A stretch of DNA of 64,000 nt from Camelus ferus (lineage: Eukaryota), in contig NC_045697.1 in the NCBI RefSeq assembly GCF_009834535.1, positions 100,008,001-100,072,000 on the forward strand, read 5' to 3'. Shown here in pieces: positions 50,771-64,000 of the stretch. The position numbers and the translations under genes are program-made. The notes beneath the pieces were generated by a model. The model searched no databases. It was not told where the DNA came from and worked only from the letters and a program-made list of their open reading frames with translations. Every line of letters begins with the position of its first letter. The first letter of the stretch is position 1.

Positions 50771-52479
50771 AGAAACAAGCTTTTACCAGGAGCATTGGCC
50801 TGCATACATGAACTCCGCATTTCAGGAAACAAGATGGCCTTTGTTAAGAGAGGAAGGGTCATAGCACTTACACACTGTGGGCAAAGATACTCTCTTTTAT
50901 TGTCTGTCTTTGTGGCTCCACTTCCTTTGAGGTCAGCAAGAATGGGTTTTCATCTCACTGGAAGTAGTAAATTCTGAAATCCAAGTGTTGGTTTTCTGAG
51001 ACTGAGTGTTGGGTAAGTGAATAATTAATGGGTGTTGTCATTTTGTCATTCTTTGTGTCCTTGAGATTCAGCTTTCTCACTGTAGGATAAAGACTATCAT
51101 ACAGATGTGAGAGAGAAATGGCTAAGAACTTTGTAGTACTGTACTGCAGTTGGAAGTGTTGATATAAACTCAGGAGGTAGGTGTTTTCTTCTTTTTTAAA
51201 AAATTTTATATATCACCAAAGAGGCATAGAAACCATAACCAAGCCAGTAGCAATGAGTATTGTTACATAGTATTTCTTAGAGCTACGACTAATTCCATCT
51301 TCGGGGCAGAAAATGTACAAGATGATTCTGGAGTTTTTGTTATAGAAGAGAATGAGCGAGCTCTCATAGACAAGTACTATCATGTTAGAAGGACTTAGGA
51401 GCCAACTCAGAGAGAGCCCCACTGGCCAAAGATAGGACAACCTGAGCTTCTTAGAAGAAGGCCTAGGTGAGAGGAGTATTTTAATTGGTGTAACCCAGCA
51501 TCGCAGAGTCCTACACGGAGCGTGGCTTTCCCTGGCGTCCGTTACAGATGTCCCTCTTTCTAGGACCTAGCTTTGCTAAGGTGAGGCTGAGCTGAGTCAG
51601 GAGCAGAGTTAGTACTAGCACCCTGCCGCACCTGAATTCATACATCCCCTGCAGCAACACAGGCATCCTGGGAGATACTTCTCTGGATAATATGCCCCTC
51701 TGATGACCTGTCTCAAATCTGACAAAACTTTTGTTTTGTCATTGAATCTCTTATTCTTTTCTATTATTTTCCCCCATATTTTGCAGTGAACATTTAAGTG
51801 CTTTGCTTACATATTTTCCCCAAATCTCCCAAGCAGCCTGGTATATAATACTCAAATATTACTAATTCTAATTCCTGGGTGAGCTATTTTCTCTTTTTGG
51901 ATAAAAAGACTAAAACGGGTAGGAGGGGCCTGGACAGTGGGCACTGGTCCAGCTTGGACCTGGTCATTTCTTCCATCTTTTATTGTGTGAACGCATAATG
52001 AAAACCTACACAGAGCCAGGTCCTCTGCTGGGCGCTGGGAGACATGGAGAATAAACACATGAACCCTAAACCCCAGGAACGTGCGATTTAGAGAGGAAAA
52101 TCGATACCAATCTAACAATTACATGAGTGAATTATTAATGCTAAACATCATTTAGTGCTTTGTTTAGCACATGCGATCGACCTGTCATTAGAGCCATAAA
52201 GGCAAAGTACAAGGTGTTGGGTAAGCATTTAACAGAGCTACCTAACCAGGGGCGAGCGATGCTTCCTCCGAGGGAAAGCAGCCAAGCTGAGAGCCAAAGG
52301 ATGAACAGACAGAATTAGAAGACGAGGAGTGGGGCTGGAGCACGCGGAGTGAATGGGGACTAGGGTAAGATAATTCTGGAGATGTCAGGGGCCCGATCAT
52401 GCAGGATTTTGGAGGTCGTGTTAAGGATTCTGTATCGTACTCAGACTTAATAGAAATGGGAGGGCATTAAAGGATTTTA

Positions 52480-52481
<2 letters not shown>

Positions 52482-52534
<53 letters not shown>

Positions 52535-52537
52535 TGT
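52482..52537. repeat. (TG)n microsatellite
   Basis: Read directly: about 22 perfect units plus an interrupted extension. Confidence 0.96.
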
Positions 52538-53469
52538 AGGAGCTGTTCTTGCTGCTGTGTTCAAAGTAAAGAATTAAATACGTGAGCTATCTTGTGAAAT
52601 GCTATACGGATTAAGACATTTGTGGCCATTCAATGAATAGAATACTTGAAGAAAATTCCTTCCACATTACTTTTCAGGAACACAGTTCTGGCCAGGGAGA
52701 AGCATTTCTAGCTTTGTTTTTTCTAACCTGCTTTTCACTGGAGGATATATGGTTTCAGTAAGGGTTCTGTTTTCTGCTTTAGTCCAATACACTTTTTTCC
52801 TTCTCTGAAACACCCCCTACCTCAACCATGTTGGTTGGCATTGGCTAGTCTCCGACTTTCTACTGCAATAATCATCACTGGAGAAGATTTCTAAATAGTT
52901 AGTCTTTCTCAAAGTTCCCCTGCAAACTCTGTTCCAAGTGGAATCCACACACATCTATTCACCATTGCCAGGTCACTTTTTCCATTTGATGGTCAATAGA
53001 GCCCCCTACTGGGAGAAACAGTTCAACTACACAACTACACAAATGCCAACACAGAGGGCAAGTGCTCATTAACATTTGGTGCATTTGTGCGTGCGTGGCT
53101 TTCCATCAGTGTTCAGTGTAACTACTGTGCACCAGCAACAAAACCTACCCCTCACCTTGCAATCACTCTGACACCTAATTACAAATGATTAGCTTCTCAT
53201 TCCATAGATTCTCCAGCGACTGTGGATTGAAGAGTCATTGTAACAATGAATACAAATCACAGATTTATAGTCTTGAAAAATCTGGAATTGATGTTGAGAA
53301 ATAATTTGAACTGATCTCCTGTTTCAATAACATGTAACCTCTTCAGGATACTGAGACTTTGTTCTATTCCTAAAATTTCCTGGGAAGGACACACCACAGT
53401 AGAATCAAAAACCAATTTCTGTGTTTTCAGTAATCCATTGGGTTCATATATTTGGTACAAATTCCTCTT

Positions 53470-54040
53470 TTAAAATGAACTTATTTTACAATGGTCTTAG
53501 ACTTACAGAAAAGTTACAGAGACAGGGCAGAGACTTCCTGTTTTCCCTCACCCCGTTTTCCCTGTGGTTAACACCTGACATCACCCTGGCACATTTGTCA
53601 CAACTAAGGCGTCAACACTGGTACATTACTATTAACTACAGTCCAGCCTTTTTTCAGACTTTTCTAGTTTTTCCCTGATGTCCCTTTCCTGTCCCAGGAT
53701 CCCATCCTGGATACCATCTTACATTTCATTGTCATGTCTTCTTAGGCTCCTCTGGTCTCCAAGAGTTTCTGTGACCTAGTTTTCGATGATCTTGACCATT
53801 TTGAGAGGACTGGTCATTGATTTGGAAGCATGTCCTTCTGTGTGGACTTGCCTGATTTTTTAAAACCACGGCTCTACTGGGGTTATGTTAGGGGTTTGGG
53901 GAGGAAGACACAGAGCTAAAGTAACACTCTCTTCACCTCGCATATAGAGACACACTAGCAACATGACTTGTCACTGTTGAGGTTGGCTTTGATCGTCTGG
54001 CTGAGGTAGTGTCAGATTTCTCCACTGCAAAGTCACTTTG
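53470..54040 (-). mobile_element. Ancient L1 3' UTR (L1MC/MD-like)
   Basis: TTAGACTTACAGAAAAGTTACA...CCCAGGATCCCATCCTGGATACCA...TGGCTGAGGTAGTG...TTTCTCCACTG (recall). Confidence 0.65.
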
Positions 54041-54124
54041 TTGTGGTTGTTTTTAATTTAAACCTCTTCCCTCTTGTTTTAGAGACAGAGAAACTTGTCA
54101 TCTTTCCCTTCAGACCAGGGAAGG

Positions 54125-54350
54125 CAGTGTAACGTGGTGGTGAAGAACAGCTTTCAGGAGCCAGAAGGACTTCCGTGTGTGAGGAATTTTGCTACTTATT
54201 ACCTGTGTGATCTTGGACGCATTACTTCCTAAGCTTCCTTATTAGAAATCATAAAACGGGCATAATAACAGCACTTTCCTCAATGGATTATGGCAAAGGC
54301 CAAATGCATGATGCAAATAAAGCACTTACTGAGTGCCTGGTGCACCAACA
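54125..54350 (+). mobile_element. MIR SINE
   Basis: CTACTTATTACCTGTGTGATCTTGGACGCATTACTT...AAAGCACTTACTGAGTGCCTGG. Confidence 0.65.
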
Positions 54351-55226
54351 CGCAACTCACTCTACCACTCAAGTCCTCACCCTCATTACTGGCGTTAATG
54401 AGGGGCAGGGGTCGTAAACACTGAGCGTTTCTTTAAAGTCACTGTTGCGCTGGTTCTTCAGAGTCAATAGCAGCAATTCCTCAGCGTGTAGTTCTTTGCA
54501 TTAATGTTCAGGCCTGGACTTGGGGCCTTTGGGCCAACAGGCTGTGCCCCGTGGAATTGTGGGACAAGGTGCTCTGGTTGTGGGCCTTTCCCTGTGGCCA
54601 GGCTGCGACGGACTAGTCATTAGTTCCTCTAGGGCCCTGAGGATACATCGTTGAGCCAACAGATATGGTGTGGCTGTAGCCCTGCCAGTCAGGTGAGGAT
54701 TTTTCTGACACAGGGACAGGAGCTGTAGGCGGGGCTGGCGCATACAAGCCCCTGTGCATAGAGCATGAGGACAGCCTTGTTTATCCCTCCTCTACCTGCA
54801 AGCCAAATAGCTGTGGGCTGGAAAACACTTTCTGGATGAAATTCAGCCTCCTCCAAACCCATCGTCTTGAGACAGCTTGGCAGGGGCAGGGCATCTGGGC
54901 TGAGGAGTGGGGTTGGGGGCGGGACACGCAGCGTTTCTCCTCTTTATCGAGAACCAAGGCCACCACTGGTCAACGTCTGTCCCAACTCCTTCTGGCAGGC
55001 ATGTGTCTTCTAGGCTACCCACTGAGGTTTTCCTAGTTTATCTCTCCAGTGCACCCTGGTTTTGGGGCCAGGCTCCCTGATTCTAACTCTGCACTTTGTC
55101 CCCGTCCCCTGCAGCAGCAACACCATCCCTTCTTTTGGCTTGGTTTTGAACTGAGAAGAGTATTAAGGGTTGCTAAAAAAAAAAAAAACCCCCACACACA
55201 CAAAAACAACAAAAACCGAAAACCAA

Positions 55227-55611
55227 AATGTCATTCTAAGTGAAATAAGTCAGAAAAAGAAAGAAAAATACCACATGATATCACTCATCTGTGGAATCTA
55301 AAAACAAAAAAGACTAATTTATATATAAAACAGAAACAGACATAGAAAACAAACTATGGTTACCAGTGGGAAGGGGATGGGAAGGGATAAATTGGGAGTT
55401 TGAGATTTGCAGATACTGACTGGTATGTATAAAACAAATAAGTTTATACTGTATAGCATAGGGAACTATATGAGATATCTTGTAGTAGCTTACGGTGAAA
55501 AAGAATACAAAAACAAATATATGTATATTCATGTATGACTGAAGCATTGTGCTGTACACCAGAAATTGACACAACATTGTAAACTGACTATACTTCAATT
55601 AAAAAAAAAAA
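55227..55611 (+). mobile_element. L1 3' end, apparently inserted in the A-tract of a MER58-like hAT element
   Basis: AATGTCATTCTAAGTGAAATAAGTCAGAAAAAG matches 59183-59257; poly(A) at 55601; right flank GTGGCTCACAAAGCCTGAAATATT...CTCTTTACGGAAAAA is MER58-like by recall. Confidence 0.88.
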
Positions 55612-57327
55612 CCCAAAACAACAATGAAAGAAAATGACAGAAGTCACACGTGGCTCACAAAGCCTGAAATATTAACCTGGCTCTTTACGGAAAAAAAAAA
55701 GGTGGATCATAGACTCTCAGGGATCAGCATATACACCCAGGGGGAGCTCCATATTTCGTCTTCAATTTCCCCCCTGGCTAGTACTTTCTTATCTCTTCTG
55801 GCTTCCAAGAATTTTTCTTACTTTCTCACCAATTTAGCTACTCATCTTAAAGGAGATTTTAAAATATTTTGTCCAATATTTTTAAGTGTTCTGCAGTTTG
55901 GAGGGTTTCTCTGGACACCTGGTCCCCCATAATATAGGAAAAAGAAGTCAAGCAAGTCCCATAGCTGGGGCTGGACAGGCAAGCTGTGGTCGGTGAGCCA
56001 GTTCTGGAAAGCACCACATCACAACTAATTTTATTTTGAAGGAGTGAGTGCAGAAAGTAATAACTCACTTTGGGATCTTAAGGCAAGGTGCTTTCTTGCA
56101 CAGCTAAAATTAGACAGCCTTTCCTGGGGCTCCCCTTGTGGGTGTGCTTTTGCATCCATCCTATTTCTGTTTCCAGATGAGAATTGTTCCTGTGCAGGGA
56201 ATGTTTCCTGACTATCCAACATCAATATAATAAAGCCCAACTTTCAGTTTTTCTTGCTTGCCATTCCTGAGATTTTTGAGCTATCTGGATGTGCCTGTCC
56301 ATTTACGGAGGCAGCGTGTGCAGCCCAGGGATCCCTGGCGACCGGGTCAGGAAACAAGTTCTGGCCCTAACTCCGGCCCTAATGAATGTCCTCCTGCTTC
56401 TCCCGCTCCTTGTTTCAAATACAGAGAATACAAAAAGAGAGAAAAAGAAAGTGATATGAGACAAACGGACCTCTTTAAATTTTCCCTGTTGTGCGGAAAG
56501 GGCTGTGTGTCATTAGCCTGATGGGGAGGGAGTTTCGCTGGTGTAACATCAGGCCCAGGCCCAATTTTATTCCCTGGTCTAATGCTATGGTGTTCTTACA
56601 TTCTGGAATTAACTTCCCTGCTCTCACATGTATTTATAGATGATGTTATTCCAAAGCTCTGAAGTATGTTTTTTTTTTTCCCTTAGCAATTTGAGACCCT
56701 TGGCTCCCATTAGATCTATAAGTCCAATGACAGCTGTGTTGTGTGTACAGCTCTCATAGCAACCCAGGGCTCTGCCCGCCAATGAAAGCTGGCTCTGGTT
56801 TCTCCCCTGACTATTTAGTAAATGATCCTTAAGAACAAAGAAGGCAGGAATATTAGAGGGAGGCACAGATAGGAAGCCTAGGCTGTGTGTGTTGGGGGTG
56901 GTCATCACTACGATCAGACCTTCTGGCTGTTCCCACAGGGACAGGGTGGGAACATCTTCCACAACAGAAAGGTCTGAGGGCTTTGGGGAGTTTAATTGTC
57001 ACCTTCCAGGGTGCCAGCAAATACAGGCTCCCATCAGTTGGAGATTTCGGTGGCATACCTACCTGTGCCATTCGGCGCATGTGACTGCAAATCAGTGAAG
57101 GGAGGTCTAAGCATAGGGAGCAGCCTTATGCCAGCTGAGCTGATCTTGGGACTCTGCTGCTGAAGTTTTTGTCATATCCTGGAATGCATCCCCCAGAACA
57201 CTTTCCCCAATTTGGGAGCACCTGGTGGATGGAGTCAGGAGGGGTGGCTTCTAGATCCTTGGTAAGAGCTTCACATCCCTAGATGTCTGCTACATTGGCC
57301 ACAACAGGTTTCTGGGCAGATTAAAAA

Positions 57328-59546
57328 CTCAACGGTGAAAAACTCAAAAGCTTCCCACTAAAATCTGGGACAAGACAAGGATGCCCACTATCACCACTCC
57401 TATTCAACATAGTCTTGGAAGTCCTAGCCACAGCAGTCAGGCAAGAGAAAGAAATAAAAGGGATCCAAATTGGAAAAGAAGAGGTAAAAATGTCACTATA
57501 CGCTGACGACATGTTACTATATATAGAAAACCCTAAAAGGTCCACACAAAAACTACTAGAGCTGATCGAAGAATTCAGCAAGGTAGCAGGTTACAAGATT
57601 AACGTTCAAAAATCAGTTGCATTTCTTTACACTAACGATGAATCAACAGAAAAAGAAAGTAAAGAAATAATCCCCTTTAAAATAGCACACAAAGTAATAA
57701 AATACCTAGGAATAAATCTAACCAAGGAGGTAAAAGAATTATACACAGAAAACTATAAACCATTGATGAAGGAAATTAAAGAAGACTTAAAAAAATGGAA
57801 AGATATCCCATGCTCTTGGATTGGAAGAATCAATATTGTTAAAATGGTCACACTGCCCAAGGTAATCTACAGATTTAATGCAATTCCTATCAAATTACCC
57901 AGGGCATATTTCACAGAACTAGAACAAATCATAATAAAATTTATATGGAACCATCAAAGACCTAGAATTGCCAAATTTATATGGAACCATCAAAGACCTA
58001 GAATTTCTTTCTCTTTCTACTGAAGAGAAAGAAAGAGGCTGGAGGAATAACTCTCCCAGACTTCAGACATTACTATAGAGCTACAGTCATCAAGACAGCA
58101 TGGTATTGGTACAAAAACAGACATATAGACCAATGGAACAGAATAGAGAACCCAGAAATGAACCCACAAATTTTTGGTCAACTAATCTTCGACAAAGGAG
58201 GCAAGAACATACAATGGAATAAAGACAGTCTCTTCAGCAAATGGTGCTGGGAAAACTGGACAGCAGCATGTAAATCAATGAAGCTAGAACACTCCCTTAC
58301 ACCATACACAAAAATAAACTTAAAATGGATCAAAGACTTAAACATAAGACAAGATACAATAAACCTCTTAGAAGAAAATATAGGCAAAACATTATCTGAC
58401 ATACATCTCAAAAATGTTCTCCTAGGGCAGTCTACCCAAGCAATAGAAATAAAAGCAAGAATAAACAACTGGGAACTAATGAAACTTACAAGCTTCTGCA
58501 CAGCAAAGGAAACCATAAGTAAAACAAAAAGATAACTTACAGAGTGGGAAAAAATTTTTGCAAATGAAACCGACAAGGGCTTGATCTCCAGAATATATAA
58601 GCAGCTCATACGACTTCATAAGAAAAAACAAACAACCCAATCCAAAAATGGGCAGAAGACCTAAACAAGCAATTCTCCAAGGAAGACATACAAATGATCA
58701 ATAGGCACATGAAAAAGTGCTCAATATCACTAATTATCAGAGAAATGCAAATCAAAACTACAATGAGGTATCACCTCACACCAGTCAGAATGGCCATCAT
58801 TCAAAAATCCACAAATGACAAATGCTGGAGAGGCTGTGGAGAAAGGGGAACCCTCCTACACTGCTGGTGGGAATGCAGTTTGGTGCAGCCACTGTGGAAA
58901 ACAGCATGGAGATTCCTCAAAAGACTAGGAATAGACTTACTGTATGACCCAGGAATCCCACTCCTAGGCATATATCCAGAAGGAACCCTACTTCAAAATG
59001 ACACCTGCACCCCCATGTTCATAGCAGCACTATTTACAATAGCCAAGACATGGAGACAGCCTAAATGTCCATCAACAGATGACTGGATAAAAAAGATGTG
59101 GTACATTTATACAATGGAATACTATTCAGCCATAAAAACCAACAACCTAACGCCATTTGCAGCAACATGGATGCTCCTGGAGAATGTCATTCTAAGTGAA
59201 GTAAGCCAGAAAGAGAAAAAAAAATACCATATGAGATCACTCATATGTGGAATCTAAAAAACAAACAAACAAAGCATAAATACAAAACAGAAATAGACTC
59301 ATAGACATAGAATACAAACTTGTGGTTGCCAAGGGGGTGGGGGGTGGGAAGAGATAGACTGGGATTTCAAAATTGTAGAATAGATAAACAAGATTATACT
59401 GTATAGCACAGGGAAGTATATACAAGATCTTGTGGTAGCTCACAGAGAAAAAAATGTGACGATGAATATATATATGTTCATGTATAACTGAAAAATTGTG
59501 CTCTACACTGGAATTTGACACAACATTGTAAAATGATTATAAACCA
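57328..59546 (+). mobile_element. Young 5'-truncated L1: disrupted ORF2 (RT to C-terminus) + 3' UTR + poly(A)
   Basis: ORFs 57415..58023 (RT motif YADD), 58158..58535 and 58694..59257 ([18 protein letters not shown]; terminal ...[10 protein letters not shown]); 5' junction at a TT|AAAA endonuclease-like site; stops at 58021-58023 and 58533-58535. Confidence 0.97.
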
Positions 59547-59778
59547 ATCAAAAATGTTAAAAAAAACCTGTGATAACAGAAGCATGAACAAAATTTAGTG
59601 CCTTCTAATGTGGCACAATCACTATTGGTACCAACAATCCCCTTAGAATACCTCCTGACCTAGAACTGGCCCGAGGGCCAAGCCTCCAGGGCACTGATGC
59701 TTTCCAGCCTCCCACAAGCAGTTTGCCATTTGGGTAGGAAGGAGCTCTGGGAGGCCAGAGGACTCAATATGGTTTGGC

Positions 59779-60060
59779 TTTTTTTTTTTTTAATTGAAGT
59801 ACAGTTGACTTATAATGCTGTTAATTTCAGGTGTGCAACAAAGTGATTCAGATATATATATATTCACCCTTTATTGTTTTCCATCATAGGTTATTACAAG
59901 CTATTGAATATAGTTCCCTGTGCTGTACTGTACAGTAGGTCTTTGATGTTTATCCATTTTACATATAGTAGTGTATGTATGTTAATCCCAAGCTCCTAAT
60001 TTATCCCCGCCCCCTTCCCCTTTGGTGACCACAGTTTGTTTTCTATGTGAGTCTGTTTCT
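59779..60060 (-). mobile_element. L1 3' UTR fragment
   Basis: Poly(T), then AATTGAAGTACAGTTGACTTATAATG...CCCTGTGCTGTA...TTCCCCTTTGGTGACCACAGTTTGTTTTCTATG. Confidence 0.88.
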
Positions 60061-60726
60061 GGGTGTGGCCCTTGGAGAGGTGCCTGGCCAGGTGGAAGGC
60101 TTCGATCAGAGGCTGAACTGCACCTGACACGTCCGACTCGGCCCTGTCCTCCAGTGGACATGTCAGCACCTTGGAAGGGCCGGACCCAGAGGCTCTAAGC
60201 CACACCAGGGCCTGCCAGTTCGACGTGGGGGATAACAATGAATAGAGGGCACCTCTCCCCTTTTCCATTTTCCTTTCCTACCTTCCGAGGTTGACAGCTC
60301 CCAGTTTTTAAAAATTCCCTTAACATTCCCTTGCTCATTTGAAGGCATTGCTGTTTAAAACCCTGTAGGGGTGTACAAATAAATATAAAGAAGGACCTGC
60401 CGCCACAGTGTAACCCCCTTGACTTGCCCACGGCGGCTCAGATGGAAGTGCTCAGTTTCTATCCAACGGTGCCTCAAGCTAATTCAGCAGCCCTTCTTAT
60501 TCTGAGTTGCTCAAATTATTTTAATTCTTTCCCTTAGAGGAACAGAGCTAAGAAGAGGGCTTTGTACCTGGTACTTGACTTACCCGAGAGGAATAAAGAA
60601 GTTACTAAGATCTCCTGTCTCACTCTTTTAACATGATCGTGATTTAACGATAAACATCGATGTTTTATAATCCACAGGGCCACCTCTGGAACTCCAGGCG
60701 AGGCAACACAGTTGGAAAATATGGAT

Positions 60727-60760
60727 GACACAAAACGCAAGCATCTGATTTCATTTTATT
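60727..60760 (-). terminator. Polyadenylation signal and downstream GU-rich element
   Basis: Minus strand reads TTTGTTTGGTTTTGTTTTTT-AATAAA(60760-60755)-ATGAAATCAGATGC-TTGCGTTTTGTGTC: U-rich upstream element, canonical hexamer, GU-rich downstream element. Confidence 0.72.
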
Positions 60761-63700
60761 AAAAAACAAAACCAAACAAAATTTTGCAATGAAATTTCCT
60801 GGAATTCACAATCCTTTTCAAAGCTTCAGAGTTGCATTTTTTTTTTTTAAAAACCAGTACATAAGAACACGATTGCACTTATTTACAGGATAGTCATCTG
60901 TATAACAAAAATAGCCATGTTGTGCGATTGAACGTTTCCAACTATTGTCTTTAATATTTCATCACTAGCTGCATGAGACAAATGGTTTATGCTCTCCAAG
61001 CACATAGAGAATAGAATAAAGCAAAATAAAAGTCATGCCTCCCAATAGAAGACAAATCCCTTCAAAGACAGTTTTTCGAAACTTCTGTGTGTTTCAAGAG
61101 AGATATAAAGTGCTTTGGAAGGAGTAAGGTCTGTGCCTGAGGTGGGGAAGAAGGAAAGAGAGAGATTTACACAGAAAACAAAACAAAACAAAACAAAAAC
61201 CAGTAACTACACTGCCTTAACTAATCATTTAACTATGCCTGTGACTTTGGATAGAAGATGATGTTTGGGTAAAACAGCTACATAATTCACTATTAATTTT
61301 TTTTTTTTTTACAGTTAAGAGCTAACTGAAGTCCAAATAAAAAGTTACTCATGCAATGCCATGAGAAGTAACTTTTGTGATTTTGAGTCACACGGCAAAT
61401 AAATCAAGGAAGCTCAGTCTCATGACCTGAATATGGAGAGGACGGGTAATGCTGTGAGGGACTGCCGTGCGTGGGATCTGCAGACCTCGTGGGGCAGCGA
61501 AGTAAAGTCCTACCAGTGACATCAGTTTACTTTATACCAAAAGCACGTAATTCGTGTTTAAGAAGGAAAAAAAATAAATCCATCGGCGTTCTTGCTCGTT
61601 GGTAGATACTAGAGATTGATTTATGATGCCATGTCTGGATTATTTCAGAACAGTACATTCATTCTTTGTAGATTTTTTTTTCCAGAGGAAGTAATAATGT
61701 GCTATATACAAAGGGGCTAAAGTAAGCTGGGTTTTTCCTTTTCACATTATTGAACTGGTAATCTCTGGTCATGACCTGGAGTCCACAAAATCGGTGTCAC
61801 TTAGATGCTGCTTGGGAGGCTCCCTGCATAATCATCCTCCCAGCTCGTGAACAATACCCATGGCCTTTCAGGAAATGAATGGAATGTAACTTCTCACAAG
61901 TACAAAATTACTTCAAGTTTTCTAAATATAAGGGACACCCCACTACAAAAGTAACCACCCCTCCCTCCCCCTCCCACATCTCTTTCTAATTATAAAACGG
62001 TACAACCATTTCAGATTACTAATGTGAAAGCAGGACGTAAATATATTATATGTACATGTACAAAACATGTCAGTATTTCACACCATTTACATTCATAAGA
62101 AAGAAGTCTGTTTATTGATCTTCTTTTGCAATTTGACAAGAAAAACGGTCGAGATACGTTACAAAACAATTAGAGCACACAATTCCAGCCAGAGGCATCA
62201 TCTTTTGCAAACAGAGCAAACACCATTTTCCCAACGTTTTGCAGAAGAAAGGGGCTGCTGACAGTGAGATCTTCCATGGGGTCCTCCTCCAACTTTTTAG
62301 GGTTTGTGACATCCCTTCCTCTTTTTGACAAACGTGGACCAAATTCTCAACTACTGAGGAAAGTGGATGATGAAAGGCAAATAAATAACCACTCGCTGAG
62401 GAAATGGGGACCCTGGTCAAATTAGCTGGCTGAAAGAATAATGGCGATAATTCCAGCAGAGGGCACCCTGCCCCCTTGCAATAACATCCAGCTGAACACC
62501 AGGTACCACCAGACGCCAACACAAACACAGACTGAAAAGTCCCTCTGTTGGGAGTCTTTCTTCCACGACTCTACTAGCTAGTTCAACAGGCAATAGTTTG
62601 GTATTTTCTTCAAATGAGTGGGATATGCTATAATTAACTAGCTCTTATACATGAAAATTCTTTGGCTATTTAAAAATCTTCACATTCTCAAAGAGAACAA
62701 TATTCTGAGTTTGATAAAGCGCTAGGTTTGTCTGAAACTTTTGAGGGCAAAGGGGACTAAACACTAGACTTTCAAGATGGTATGGTACTAAGGCCATGGT
62801 GCTTTTTTTAAAAATTAAATTTCTGGATTTAATAAGGTCAGTCACCAGCCTGCAAGAGAAAACCCCTAAGGATGCACAGTTTGATTGGACCAAGCAAACC
62901 ACCTTCACTTATTCTGATGAGAACATTGGGAGGAAATTAAACTAGTCGCTGGAAGAAACATGTGTCCATTTGGATGGTGATCAGTCTTTGGTTTATATAG
63001 TACACATGGTCCCCACATTTTCCGTGGTCCTCCGAGCCCTTCACTTCAGGAAGGATGACAAGAGCACAGCCATTCTACCAAGCAATGACTTTAAATAATT
63101 CAGGGTGAGCTCCCTTCACGGATTTTCCTCCTCCCTCTCTTCAGACATACAGAACCTCTTCAGAGATGTATATTCTTGCCTTATCATTATCCTCAACAAA
63201 TATCAGGTGGCCAGAGAGAGAATGGCTTTGAATTAAGTGCAAACATCAACAGGTGCACAAGGATGAGGTCTTGCATCACGGAGATTCCTGAAGAAGCCAC
63301 CTGATTATGAAGCACTCAAGGCAGGCAGAGTTCAGAGGGCAGTAAAGAGGTGTGAATGACCTCAGTGGGTCCTTAGTAGAATGAACAGGTTTGGAAATTA
63401 AAGGGCTAGATAATTTAGGGTCTCCATCCAGGATGTGGAATCATGTCTTGAGTTTTGGGATGATTAACTGAATGTCATCAAAAAGGCTCAAAGTGGAACA
63501 ATGTAGCTACAGCTTCATGGGTCTTCACAAATTCATTATTCCTGTTACAATGGGCCTGGACTTGTGAGATGGGGAGGAGAGCAGGGAAAGGGAAGACGTA
63601 AGCGATGAGGAACTCCTACTTGCTTCTCAGAATTAATTTATTTTTCAGGTAATCCCAACTGCCTTTGCAACAGGAATGTTTAACTCATGAGCATTAAACT

Positions 63701-64000
63701 CCTTAAAACATACACATCCAAAAAAAAAAAAAAAAAACAAAAAAACCAAACCCAAAAAACAAGAACAGGCCAGCTTTGAAACTAGGGGTGAGCATCCAGG
63801 TTCATATCCTGCCATCCTCTTTTCTGACTTCCTGCAGTATCCTCATCACCTTTTAACAGCCATCATCAAATGTACTTTTCAGTCCCAGCCACATGAGTAG
63901 CATGGATGAGGGACTTCTGTGACACGGGACGCTGCACAAAGAGTTGTTGTCTCTCACTTTAAAGAAATACTTTCTTTTTGCCTCTTTTTATGTCTTAAGG
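60740..64000 (-). other. RNF150: Distal 3' UTR of a minus-strand gene, probably RNF150
   Basis: About 3 kb with few recognisable repeats, ending in a canonical poly(A) site, with U-tracts, Pumilio elements and miRNA seed matches on the minus strand. The gene name is inferred only from recalled human gene order (RNF150 upstream of and co-oriented with TBC1D9); no coding sequence is in the window. Confidence 0.6.

Noticed and set aside
57321..59521. ORFs of 86-202 aa on both strands as host genes or an active reverse transcriptase
   Set aside because: All are L1 ORF2 fragments or their antisense; the element lacks 5' UTR, ORF1 and endonuclease and has internal stops.
1..64000. CRISPR array, rRNA, operon-like or prokaryotic systems; remaining 60-140 aa ORFs
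   Set aside because: No repeat-spacer arrays or rRNA-like sequence seen. The short ORFs mostly have non-ATG starts, overlap repeats and resemble no protein I recognise.

Overview
Mammalian genomic DNA, most likely a camelid (alpaca, llama or camel), judged from four tRNA-derived SINEs resembling Vic-1. The left end holds a CpG island with the promoter and first coding exon of TBC1D9 on the minus strand (ATG at 1689, splice donor after 1560), plus the start of intron 1. About 58 kb of repeat-rich intergenic DNA follows: truncated L1s (the longest a ~2.2 kb young copy at 57.3-59.5 kb), ERV and MaLR solo LTRs, L2, MIR, a Tigger-type MITE and microsatellites. The right end (~60740-64000) looks like the distal 3' UTR and poly(A) site of a minus-strand gene, probably RNF150 by recalled human synteny. 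I cannot support a novel protein-coding system here. The most notable unexplained structure is a diverged inverted duplication at 42695-43392 next to a GC box and a MARE motif. Other points of interest are several unusual retrotransposition or repair scars and a candidate uORF in the TBC1D9 leader. Repeat family names are from recall, not from a database search.
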